Of a stretch of 32,000 bases of DNA, positions 1 through 7,922 are shown one piece after another. Origin of the DNA: Candidatus Omnitrophota bacterium (lineage in GTDB: Bacteria; Omnitrophota; Gorgyraeia; 2-01-FULL-45-10); contig JAMWCX010000001.1 of NCBI GenBank assembly GCA_023818895.1, positions 299,789-331,788 on the forward strand. The letters run 5' to 3'. The translations under genes were made by a program, and so were the position numbers. The notes beneath the pieces were generated by a model. That model did not search any database, was not told where the DNA came from, and saw nothing but the letters and a program-made list of their open reading frames with translations. Numbering within the stretch: position 1 is the stretch's first letter; every line of letters starts with the position of its first letter.

Positions 1-137
1 GATTTCTTGAAGCGCCAATTTGCGCCCACCTTAAAACACGGAAGTTTGCCTGCTTTGGCATGTTTGTATATAGTAACAGGCTTCATCCGGAGATAAGCGG
101 CAAGCTCCTGAACAGTAAATACTATGTCTTCTGCCAT
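1..137 (-). CDS. Excisionase-family helix-turn-helix DNA-binding protein, 5' part only (continues past window start)
   Basis: ATG at 137..135 lies 2 nt downstream of GGAGGT (138..143 on the minus strand). My translation is MAEDIVFTVQELAAYLRMKPVTIYKHAKAGKLPCFKVGANWRFKK, which fits the HTH_17/excisionase pattern (T..ELA.YL......IY......G.LP..K.G..WRF). The ORF is too short or truncated to appear in the ORF track. Confidence 0.6.
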   Translation of the reverse strand, partial: MAEDIVFTVQELAAYLRMKPVTIYKHAKAGKLPCFKVGANWRFKK

Positions 138-262
138 ACCTCCCCCTCTTCCTAATGATTCGGATCTGCTTGTCATAAGTAACAAGCTATATTTTGTTTA
201 AAAAACAGTCATCTCTAATTAATGGCTTGTATTGTTTTATACGCTTTAGCATAGACTAATAC

Positions 263-288
263 GCCCTTACACAACTTTGTATAAGGGC
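263..288. repeat. Near-perfect 26-nt palindrome/hairpin in the AT-rich intergenic region
   Basis: GCCCTTACACAACTTTGTATAAGGGC pairs at 11 of 12 positions around a 2-nt centre. There is no flanking T-run on either strand, so it is not a clear intrinsic terminator. Confidence 0.4.
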
Positions 289-455
289 ACATAGGTTAGC
301 TTAGGGTGCTACAAAGTATACACCATAATCTTTAAATGTCAAGCGTTAGGAACTGATTATTTTAAAATAAATTTAATAAGATACTGATAATAAAGAGGTT
401 AGAAAAAATAATTTTTTGTATTTTGATTTGAAAATCGGTGGGTTTTTATAAAATA

Positions 456-1058
456 CTATACTTTATACCAATCCAGTTCGTGCGCTAGGTCCTTAATCTC
501 TTTTTGCAAACGGTCAATATTGTTATCGAACTGACTGATATCTGCGGGCTTCGAATCAGCAAGTTTTTTTAGGTTTTCCAGCTCAATAAGGACTTTGGTA
601 AGGCTTGCCTTTTGGCGTCCTATCGTTTGCTTCATACTATCAGACAAAAGATTAATTTTATCAGCGATTGAACCTAATTCATCGCCTTTTCTAAGGCTAA
701 GGCGCGAGGTAAGGTTGCCGCCTGCCATATCCTCCAAAAATCTCTCCATCCTATATATAGGACCAGCTATCTTATGTGATAGGTATATACCTATATACGC
801 GACAAAAGGCATAAGGAGTACAATGCTCAACAAAACCCTGAAATTAACCGTTTTTATTATTGCTATCAGCCTACCTTGTGGATAAACATTCGCGAGCTTT
901 TCTGCAAGAAGTATCATGCTTGAATAATATACAACATACGAGCACACAATAGCGGTTATAAACATCAAAAGCAAGATTAACCCTACATATTTGAGTTGAA
1001 ATTTCGCCGAGACAAATAGTTGCTTTCTTTTGAATCTGGTCTTGTTATTAGCTATCAT
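456..1058 (-). CDS. Two-TM HAMP-domain protein with C-terminal coiled coil and no output domain
   Basis: 200 aa. It has two hydrophobic helices (YVGLILLLMFITAIVCSYVVYY and VLLSIVLLMPFVAYIGIYL). A HAMP-like segment follows (SHKIAGPIYRMERFLEDMAGGNLTSRLSLRKGDELGSIADKINLLSD), then heptad-rich sequence. The ATG start overlaps the upstream stop as ATGA. Confidence 0.75.
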   Translation of the reverse strand: MIANNKTRFKRKQLFVSAKFQLKYVGLILLLMFITAIVCSYVVYYSSMILLAEKLANVYPQGRLIAIIKTVNFRVLLSIVLLMPFVAYIGIYLSHKIAGPIYRMERFLEDMAGGNLTSRLSLRKGDELGSIADKINLLSDSMKQTIGRQKASLTKVLIELENLKKLADSKPADISQFDNNIDRLQKEIKDLAHELDWYKV

Positions 1059-2038
1059 ATTTCGCTTAACCTCCAGATAATTACGCTTCGACGCAATGTT
1101 AGCTTAATGCTGCCAAATTTCGAATTAGATATAAGCTCTACCGCTTTTTTAAGCGGCATATACCTCGTCTGCTCGCCACCAATAGCAGTAATAAGATCTC
1201 CCTCTTCCAATCCCTTCGCTGGTTCTCTCACGGACCCAACCGTAAGACCATCGAGCTCCATGGTTAAACTTGCCCCTATCGCAGCCTCAGTACCGCCGCC
1301 TATCAGCCGGCCAGTGTTTAGCGGAACGTCGATCGTGCGCTCTATCGTGCACCTAATCTCCAAAGCGGATTTTTTCAATAACGCATCCAATATCTCGTTA
1401 AGCGACATATACCCTGTAAGCCTGCCCCAGATAGCGACAATGAAATCTCCTTTTCTCACACCGGCATCGTATGCCGGCGATCCTATCTTTACGCTTGTGA
1501 CCTGAGGGAAGTTATCGGTTACGGCTATAGTCATGCCGGTGGTCTTTTCAAGAATAGCCTGCTGGTCTTCGGATCCCTTAGCCTTCGAAATAGCGCTGCC
1601 GTAACGCTCCAGATCCGCCTGCTTTCTTATATCCTCCTCTTTTTTCATCTCTTGTTGACGCAAAATGTAACTTTGAAGATATGCCATTCCGTTCTTCGCC
1701 GCTTTGGATTCAGGGTTAATCTTGAGTGCCCTTTCGTAATAGGACAGGGCTCTGGCATAGTCACGCCGGTCCATAGCCTGGTCTCCGAGCCTTATAAGGT
1801 TTTCCTCCTCGCTGTCAAAGCTCAGTTCCCTTATATCCGACTTGAACACCGTGATCTCGCCGTCAGCGGTTGACAGGACAAGCCTGTCCTTATATTCCTC
1901 GACGACAATGCCTTTTATCTCTCTTCCGTCATTGGTATAGATGATATCGGCCGGGGAGCGTGTTATGAAGAATGCGCCGATTAATATTACGCCGACCGCA
2001 ACGATGACTGATGAGATAAAACCTATCCTATTTTTCAT
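1055..2038 (-). CDS. Membrane-anchored TPR plus tandem PDZ domain protein
   Basis: I chose ATG at 2038 (MKNRIGF...). It sits 1 nt after the larC stop with GAGGA about 9 nt upstream. The ORF-track start at 2086 and the ATG at 2053 would overlap larC. The protein has an N-terminal TM helix (ISSVIVAVGVILIGAFFI), a TPR-like segment (DYARALSYYERALKINPES) and two PDZ-like segments (GSPAYDAGVRKGDFIVAI and PAKGLEEGDLITAIGG). Confidence 0.7.
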   Translation of the reverse strand: MKNRIGFISSVIVAVGVILIGAFFITRSPADIIYTNDGREIKGIVVEEYKDRLVLSTADGEITVFKSDIRELSFDSEEENLIRLGDQAMDRRDYARALSYYERALKINPESKAAKNGMAYLQSYILRQQEMKKEEDIRKQADLERYGSAISKAKGSEDQQAILEKTTGMTIAVTDNFPQVTSVKIGSPAYDAGVRKGDFIVAIWGRLTGYMSLNEILDALLKKSALEIRCTIERTIDVPLNTGRLIGGGTEAAIGASLTMELDGLTVGSVREPAKGLEEGDLITAIGGEQTRYMPLKKAVELISNSKFGSIKLTLRRSVIIWRLSEI

Positions 2039-2039
2039 T

Positions 2040-3218
2040 TTATTCGTCCTCATGCCTAAATGCCGCTCTGGCCTCCTCGCAGACAAGGCTCAGAGGAACA
2101 TTATTTTCTCTGGCCAGCCTGACGCAATCGTCGTATTCCGGCGCGATTTTATATATACCTCCTGGGCCGATAGCGATCTTCAGAGCCACCTTGCCGTATC
2201 TGGTATTCGCCTTACGAATCTTTCTGGCGAGACGGTATCTTCCCGCTTCATGAAATCTGAGGCCGGTTGTGGTCGTCTCTCTGAATATTGTATCTGCGAT
2301 TCGGTCAAGACAGCGCATATCGCATATCACCGTGAGCTTGAAGGCAGGCCGCGTCTTCTTCATCTGTATGGCTGAGGCATATACATCCAACGCGCCGTCC
2401 TTAAAAAGCTTTTCAAAAAGGTAATCAAAGTGCTGCGGACTCATGTCATCTATATTGCTTTCGACCACAAGAACCCTGTCCCTTCCAAAGGAAGGCACCG
2501 TCTCTCCAATCACCACGCGAAGCATATTGGGCATCTCATCGATATGCCTTGAGCCCGCGCCATATCCTATGCTCAATATCTTCATCGATGGCATTGAGCC
2601 GAATCCTTCGGCGAGGGTCTTCAATATGGCGGCACCCGTCGGAGTCACAAGCTCGGCATCTATGCTTGAGATGAAAACGGGCGCCCCTTTTAAAAGCTCC
2701 AGCGACGCTGGGCCCGGTATCGGAAGGCCGCCATGCCTGCATCGAGCAGTGGTCCTGCCCATCGTTATGCTTGAGGAATAGACCTCATCTATGCCAAGCT
2801 TGTCGATCGCTATCCCAACACCTACTATATCGATTACAGAATCCAACTCTCCAAGCTCATGCAAAAATACCGAATCACTCTTCAGACAACCATGTATCTT
2901 TGATTCCGCTTGCGCTATATTCGCGAATACGGCCTTAGAGATCTCCTTTGCCCTGCCGCTTATATTCGATCGGTCAATCATATTTAAAATGTCTTTGACG
3001 GGCCTATGGGAATGCGCCTTTTCTGAAACGATGCAGTCAAACTTGGTGCCAACGATCGAGCCACGCCTAGTCTTGCTTGCTCTTAAGGTATAGCCGCTGA
3101 TCTTTAGCTTCTTAAGTTCGGCTTTCAATGAATCGAAATCAAGCCCGGCGTCCAAAAAAGCGGCGATAGCCATGTCACCGCTTATTCCGCTAAAGCAATC
3201 AAAATACGCTACTTTCAT
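2040..3218 (-). CDS. larC: LarC, nickel-insertion (cyclometallase) protein of nickel-pincer nucleotide cofactor biosynthesis (DUF111 family)
   Basis: 392 aa. The N-terminus YFDCFSGISGDMAIAAFLDAGLD is the characteristic LarC/DUF111 opening motif. It is a full-length single ORF, not split into larC1/larC2. Confidence 0.85.
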   Translation of the reverse strand: MKVAYFDCFSGISGDMAIAAFLDAGLDFDSLKAELKKLKISGYTLRASKTRRGSIVGTKFDCIVSEKAHSHRPVKDILNMIDRSNISGRAKEISKAVFANIAQAESKIHGCLKSDSVFLHELGELDSVIDIVGVGIAIDKLGIDEVYSSSITMGRTTARCRHGGLPIPGPASLELLKGAPVFISSIDAELVTPTGAAILKTLAEGFGSMPSMKILSIGYGAGSRHIDEMPNMLRVVIGETVPSFGRDRVLVVESNIDDMSPQHFDYLFEKLFKDGALDVYASAIQMKKTRPAFKLTVICDMRCLDRIADTIFRETTTTGLRFHEAGRYRLARKIRKANTRYGKVALKIAIGPGGIYKIAPEYDDCVRLARENNVPLSLVCEEARAAFRHEDE

Positions 3219-3232
3219 AATAATCTGATTTC

Positions 3233-3973
3233 CTAACTATTGATCAGAGACGCGAAATATGCGGCCCCGAATCCATTATCTATATTCACAACAGCAACGC
3301 CAGGAGAACACGAGTTCATCATTGTAAGAAGCGGGGCTATGCCTCCAAAACTGGCGCCGTAGCCTACACTCGTCGGAACAGCTATAACGGGCCTTGATAC
3401 TAGTCCGCTTACCACACTCGCAAGCGCGCCTTCCATTCCAGCAATCACTATTATAACGTTTGCCTTATCAAGAAGGTGCTTCATATTAAGTATCCTGTGA
3501 ATCCCCGCCACACCAACATCACAGAGCATCTCAACATAATTACCCATCAGCTCAAGCGTGGCGCGCGCCTCTTCGGCAACCGGTATATCAGCGGTCCCTG
3601 CCGTTATTATCAGCACCAGACCCTTTTTCATGACAGGCGAACTCTTTCGGTAGCTTATTATCCCTGCCCTCTTGTTATATTTGACGGCCGGGTAAAGTTT
3701 CTTCAGTTTTTTGAAAGCCTCTTCGGGCGCTTTTGTGACCAACAAAAGACGCTCGCGCGCTATAATTCGCTTGGAAATAGAAACTATCTGGTCCACTGTT
3801 TTTCCTTTACCGAAGACGACTTCCGGAAACCCTCTGCGCAACGCCCTGTGATTGTCTATCTTGGCGAAACCGATGTCCTTAAATGGCAAATCCCGTAACA
3901 ATCGCAGAGCGTCAGCCACATCAATCCTGCCCGACTTAAAATCCCTCAATACTTTAACTATACGCTCAACCAT
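3233..3973 (-). CDS. larB: LarB, pyridinium-3,5-biscarboxylic acid mononucleotide synthase (PurE-like)
   Basis: 246 aa. It has a PurE-like core with TAGTADIPVAEEA and IAGMEGALASVVSGLV motifs and a typical LarB N-terminal extension. It lies immediately upstream of larC. Confidence 0.85.
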   Translation of the reverse strand: MVERIVKVLRDFKSGRIDVADALRLLRDLPFKDIGFAKIDNHRALRRGFPEVVFGKGKTVDQIVSISKRIIARERLLLVTKAPEEAFKKLKKLYPAVKYNKRAGIISYRKSSPVMKKGLVLIITAGTADIPVAEEARATLELMGNYVEMLCDVGVAGIHRILNMKHLLDKANVIIVIAGMEGALASVVSGLVSRPVIAVPTSVGYGASFGGIAPLLTMMNSCSPGVAVVNIDNGFGAAYFASLINS

Positions 3974-3975
3974 AT

Positions 3976-4371
3976 CTACCTAAAAATCAGATAAAGAAGC
4001 ACGCCTATTATGAAAAGCGATAATATATAAAAATCATTAAAATAGAAAAAGTCGCGGATCTTTTCAGCCGTCGAATAATCATACTGGCGCGTGTGGGGCT
4101 CCTTCCGCTTAATGTCCCTTTCAAGGTCAGTGTAAGGATGGGTAGGCCGGCCCTTTCTGTCAAGATGCGGCTTTACCTTATCCGGCGATTTCTCTTCAAA
4201 ATCGAATATCTCGGACCGTATGGCATCTATCTGTTCTTTGCGAAACCTCAGGAAGGAGCCTCCTATCCTGTAGGCGGGTATTTCGCCCATATCAACAAGT
4301 CTCTTGACCTCTTCTTCCGATATCTTGAGATATGCCGCAACTTCGGCTATCGTCAGTAATTTTTCAGCCAT
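3976..4371 (-). CDS. Excisionase-type HTH protein with C-terminal transmembrane anchor
   Basis: 131 aa. The N-terminus is LTIAEVAAYLKISEEEVKRLVDMGEIPAYRIGGSFLRFRKEQID (HTH_17-like). A charged linker follows, then a single C-terminal hydrophobic helix FYILSLFIIGVLLYLIF. Confidence 0.65.
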   Translation of the reverse strand: MAEKLLTIAEVAAYLKISEEEVKRLVDMGEIPAYRIGGSFLRFRKEQIDAIRSEIFDFEEKSPDKVKPHLDRKGRPTHPYTDLERDIKRKEPHTRQYDYSTAEKIRDFFYFNDFYILSLFIIGVLLYLIFR

Positions 4372-4394
4372 CGATTATCTCTACCTTTTAATAG

Positions 4395-4934
4395 TTACCG
4401 TATCTTCCCCGCGGCGACCCACTCATCGATCTTCGCGCGGTCAAATTTCCAGACATCCCCATCCTTGAATCCCGGAAGCTTTCCTGAGCTAACCCATTCA
4501 AGGATCATCGCTGAATCTACTTCCAGGTATTTAGCGACATCTTCGGGCGTCATCAAACCCGAAGACGGATGATGATCCTGGCCGGCTTTTGGCCTCATCC
4601 TGCAATTGCCGTCAAAAATCGCCCCATCAGCTATAGTCAGGCGAGGCGTCCTTATATCACCGGTTATCTGGGCCGGCTTAATAATCTTGAGCTCTTTAAG
4701 AGCGTGGATATTACCGTTCACTTTTCCAGCTATGACTATAGTCTCTCCTGTTATGTCCGCGTTCACCACCGCATGTTCGCCTATCGTCAGATCTCCTCTC
4801 GTATTCAAAGTGCCTTCGAACCTGCCGTTGATCCTCAGGCTTACCGGATCTTTAAATACGAGAGACCCCTGCATAGAGGCGTCCACATCCAACACCCTTG
4901 CCGCATCATGGTTTTTGTGCCTTTTCCCTATCAT
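4395..4934 (-). CDS. Bactofilin (DUF583) domain fused to a C-terminal excisionase-type HTH
   Basis: 179 aa. A bactofilin beta-helix repeat pattern runs through residues about 20-112 (SLRINGRFEGTLNTRGDLTIGEHAVVNADITGETIVIAGKVNGNI...ITGDIRTPRLTIADGAIFDGNCRM). After a short linker comes MTPEDVAKYLEVDSAMILEWVSSGKLPGFKDGDVWKFDRAKIDEWV. The SD is GGAGGTGGGGT directly before the ATG. Confidence 0.75.
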   Translation of the reverse strand: MIGKRHKNHDAARVLDVDASMQGSLVFKDPVSLRINGRFEGTLNTRGDLTIGEHAVVNADITGETIVIAGKVNGNIHALKELKIIKPAQITGDIRTPRLTIADGAIFDGNCRMRPKAGQDHHPSSGLMTPEDVAKYLEVDSAMILEWVSSGKLPGFKDGDVWKFDRAKIDEWVAAGKIR

Positions 4935-4983
4935 ACCCCACCTCCGCGTTTCTTTCTAGTCTTATATGGTGTGAAATTTGTCC

Positions 4984-5008
4984 CAAACGCTGCGACAAAG
5001 GGCAGCGT
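4984..5008 (-). terminator. Possible intrinsic terminator after mgtC
   Basis: Minus strand ACGCTGC-CCTTTGTC-GCAGCGT gives a 7-bp stem, followed by TTTGGG. The U-tract is short, so this call is weak. Confidence 0.3.
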
Positions 5009-5070
5009 CTCTAGGGACTGCCCATAAAAGATTTATCCTTCGGAAACCACTGCCGGGGTATTGCCCGAAT

Positions 5071-5739
5071 CTATTGCACCTCCCATTTTGCGTGTTTGAC
5101 ACCATCCAGCCGGCCTATATCTGCAATCAGTTGGTCGGAATACTTGGGAGAAAACAAGCGCAACCCAAGCTTAAGTATCATGCCGCCGGTCTTTGCCCTG
5201 TCAACCTCAAAATCAGTTATCTCTGCCCTCCCTTCAATAATCTTTTCTCTAATCGCTTTTAGCTGTTCGATGCTGTCAGACGCTTCCACCACAACCGTTC
5301 GATACCAATATTTCCTTATCATCGCATGTTCGATTTTTGAAAACATCATAAGTACCACAACGGTGAGCACCGTGGTTATTATCGATCCAAAATAGAGGCC
5401 CGATCCGACCGCCAGGCCCAATCCGGCAACAACCCATAAACTGGCGGCAGTCGTAAGGCCTCTGACAGAAGAATGCGAATGCATAATCGTGCCGGCGCCA
5501 AGAAACCCTATGCCGGTTATAACACCGGCCGCAATCCTTGCCGGATCGACAGACACCCTTCCATAGTAAATGTCAAATATGTGCATGGAGGTAAGCATTA
5601 TCAGGCACGAGCCTATGCATAACAATATATGCGTCCTGAAGCCCGCGGCCCGGCCGTGAAACTCCCTTTCAAATCCTATCAGACCACTCAATACCGCTGC
5701 CAAAATAAGACGGAATACTATAAGCCATCCGTTTATCAT
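5071..5739 (-). CDS. mgtC: MgtC/SapB family membrane protein
   Basis: 222 aa. It has the motif LSGLIGFEREFHGRAAGFRTHILLCIGS, multiple TM helices and a soluble ACT-like C-terminal domain. Confidence 0.85.
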   Translation of the reverse strand: MINGWLIVFRLILAAVLSGLIGFEREFHGRAAGFRTHILLCIGSCLIMLTSMHIFDIYYGRVSVDPARIAAGVITGIGFLGAGTIMHSHSSVRGLTTAASLWVVAGLGLAVGSGLYFGSIITTVLTVVVLMMFSKIEHAMIRKYWYRTVVVEASDSIEQLKAIREKIIEGRAEITDFEVDRAKTGGMILKLGLRLFSPKYSDQLIADIGRLDGVKHAKWEVQ

Positions 5740-5768
5740 CAGATCCTCCTCGGTATAGCTATATAATA

Positions 5769-6791
5769 TCAGCGCGGTCCCAGATTGGGTTCTGCCGTTA
5801 AATACATGTTTGATCTCTGTCCCCGCGCATACAACTGCTCTCCTAAAAATGATACCATCGCGGCGTTGTCAAGGCAATACTCCATCTTGGGAAAATGGAC
5901 AGCTATGCCATTAAGGGCCGCCGCTTCATACAACTTCTCACGGAGCCTTGAATTAGCGGCAACGCCGCCACCCACCACAATACGGCGACACCTCCTCATC
6001 GCGCATGCCAGGCATGCTTTTTCCACCAGCGCATCCGTTGCCGCTTCCTGAAAAGCATAGCATATATCAGCGACCAGGCTCTTATCCAACTTTTGATCTT
6101 CAGTATTGGCTTTAGTTACCCGCTGCACGTAATATAAAACCGCTGTTTTTATTCCGCTGAAGCTGAAATCAAGCGAATGTTTGCCCAGATAGCTTTTAGG
6201 AAAAATTATCTTATTTAGCCGTTTTGCCGACCGTGCCATTTTGTCAACGATAGGCCCACCGGGGTAGCCGAGACCCAACAATTTCGCAACCTTGTCATAG
6301 GCCTCGCCGACAGCGTCATCTTGCGTCTGGCCGAGAAGCTTATATCGAACCGTGTCCTCACAGTAAAACAACACCGTGTGCCCGCCTGATACCACAAGGC
6401 CTACGAACGGAAATCTTACGCCGCCATTACCAAGGAAAGAGCTGTATAGATGCGCGAGAATGTGATTAACGCCAATAAGAGGGACGCCGAGGCTGTAACT
6501 AAGCGCCTTCGCCACCGATATGCCTGTAAGTAGAGCTCCTACAAGGCCCGGGCCGTTCGTAACCGCCACGAGCCTGATATCTTTCAGGTTCTTTCCGGAA
6601 ATCGCGATCGCCTTCTTCATCATCTCTACTATATATTCGACGTGAAATCTGGAGGCTATCTCAGGGACAACTCCGCCGTACTTTTTATGCAGATGAACAC
6701 TTGAAGACACTACGTTAGCGAGCACTTTTCTACCGTCTGTTACGGAAACGCCCGTTTCATCACAAGAAGTCTCTATGCCTAAAGTGATCAC
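5769..6791 (-). CDS. tsaD: tRNA N6-adenosine threonylcarbamoyltransferase TsaD
   Basis: 340 aa. Motifs are ILGIETSCDETGV-type N-terminus (here TLGIETSCDETGVSV), GVNHILAH and VVSGGHT. The GTG start overlaps the upstream stop as GTGA. Confidence 0.95.
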   Translation of the reverse strand: MITLGIETSCDETGVSVTDGRKVLANVVSSSVHLHKKYGGVVPEIASRFHVEYIVEMMKKAIAISGKNLKDIRLVAVTNGPGLVGALLTGISVAKALSYSLGVPLIGVNHILAHLYSSFLGNGGVRFPFVGLVVSGGHTVLFYCEDTVRYKLLGQTQDDAVGEAYDKVAKLLGLGYPGGPIVDKMARSAKRLNKIIFPKSYLGKHSLDFSFSGIKTAVLYYVQRVTKANTEDQKLDKSLVADICYAFQEAATDALVEKACLACAMRRCRRIVVGGGVAANSRLREKLYEAAALNGIAVHFPKMEYCLDNAAMVSFLGEQLYARGQRSNMYLTAEPNLGPR

Positions 6792-7915
6792 TTCCCCACC
6801 AACTCGTGAAGATACACAAACCTGATGCCTTCCTTAGCCATCTGCGGCATCACCTTCGCAAGCACCATAACCGTATTCTTCCGATCATGGCATATAGCGA
6901 TCGCCCTCCCCTGGGAAAACGCCAAATCTTTTGTCTCCTTAAGCTGTTTTTCTATGTAGGCGGGGTCAGACGAATTATCGAGAAATATATCACGCCTGGC
7001 GCACTTGATACCGTGTTTGGCCGCCACCTCAGAGCAGACAGAATTTTCCGATGTAAGACTGTCGAAGAAGTATAGGCCCCTTTCTTTGAGATAACCCATT
7101 ATCAACGACATCAGGGCTCTGTCTTCCGTGGCCTTTGAACCCTGGTGATTAGACACGCCATCGGCCTCCGGCACCGTATCGAGATCTTTCTTCAGGCGGG
7201 CAATTATATCCTTTTCGCTCATAGCCGACCGTATCGTATTGGTCTCTTCGGGCGCGTCTTTTTTGCGCGACTCTAATGGGAGGTGAAGGATGACCTCATA
7301 GCCCCGCGCTTTAGCCTCCGCGGATATCTCTTTAGAGTAGCGCTGGGCGGGTAAAATTGAAAATGTTATCGGCTGGCCGATGCCGAATATTTTATCAAGA
7401 TTCCTCTTGGAATAGCCGAGATCATCTATGACTATCGCGACTTTTGGCTCCTCCCCTGTTCTCGTCGCCACCGGCATCTCTTCTTTTTTCCTTAAGATGG
7501 CCGCCGCCTTTTTAAGACGATTGACTTTCACGCTAAGTATATCATACTTTCCCCTGCTTACCGTAAAGCCATAAACTGTGACATTCTTCTTGTATATCTG
7601 CTCGAAGGCCGTAATCCTGAAGCCCGCTCTCGTAATGGTACTTTTAAGCGATTTCTCAAAATCTTCCCATGAAAAAGACGAGGGAACATTATATTCCAAG
7701 TATGTGTGCAGATATCTGCGCCTGCCGGCTTTCTTCTCCTCAACCGACTTATGGGCCAGATTATCGTCGACAAGGCCAGCCTTCAAAAAAACGGCGGTGG
7801 CGCACTTTTCAAAGCGGCCGGACCAGTCATAAACAACCGTTCCGGCGCGCCATATCATAAAACCGGCAAAAACTACAATAATAGCGATGATAGCTGTTAA
7901 TATTCTGGCTCGCAT
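6788..7915 (-). CDS. Divergent polysaccharide deacetylase family protein (YibQ-like) with N-terminal TM anchor
   Basis: 375 aa. Motifs typical of the YibQ family: VAIVIDDLGYS, ILHLPLE, SNHQGS. Confidence 0.8.
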   Translation of the reverse strand: MRARILTAIIAIIVVFAGFMIWRAGTVVYDWSGRFEKCATAVFLKAGLVDDNLAHKSVEEKKAGRRRYLHTYLEYNVPSSFSWEDFEKSLKSTITRAGFRITAFEQIYKKNVTVYGFTVSRGKYDILSVKVNRLKKAAAILRKKEEMPVATRTGEEPKVAIVIDDLGYSKRNLDKIFGIGQPITFSILPAQRYSKEISAEAKARGYEVILHLPLESRKKDAPEETNTIRSAMSEKDIIARLKKDLDTVPEADGVSNHQGSKATEDRALMSLIMGYLKERGLYFFDSLTSENSVCSEVAAKHGIKCARRDIFLDNSSDPAYIEKQLKETKDLAFSQGRAIAICHDRKNTVMVLAKVMPQMAKEGIRFVYLHELVGK

Positions 7916-7922
7916 TATTCCT

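Noticed and set aside
138-455. 318-bp AT-rich intergenic region as a tRNA, sRNA or mobile-element remnant
   Set aside because: I find no cloverleaf-compatible segments or T-loop consensus, no terminal inverted or direct repeats, and no coding potential with an SD. Only the palindrome at 263..288 is reportable.
1055-2086. Longest-ORF start for the TPR/PDZ gene (2086), and likewise 25098 for rplU, 9215 for ctpA and 21183 for nadD
   Set aside because: The extensions overlap the upstream gene, or the predicted -10 element in the case of rplU, and they add non-conserved residues. Internal ATG codons with better SD spacing reproduce the canonical N-termini.
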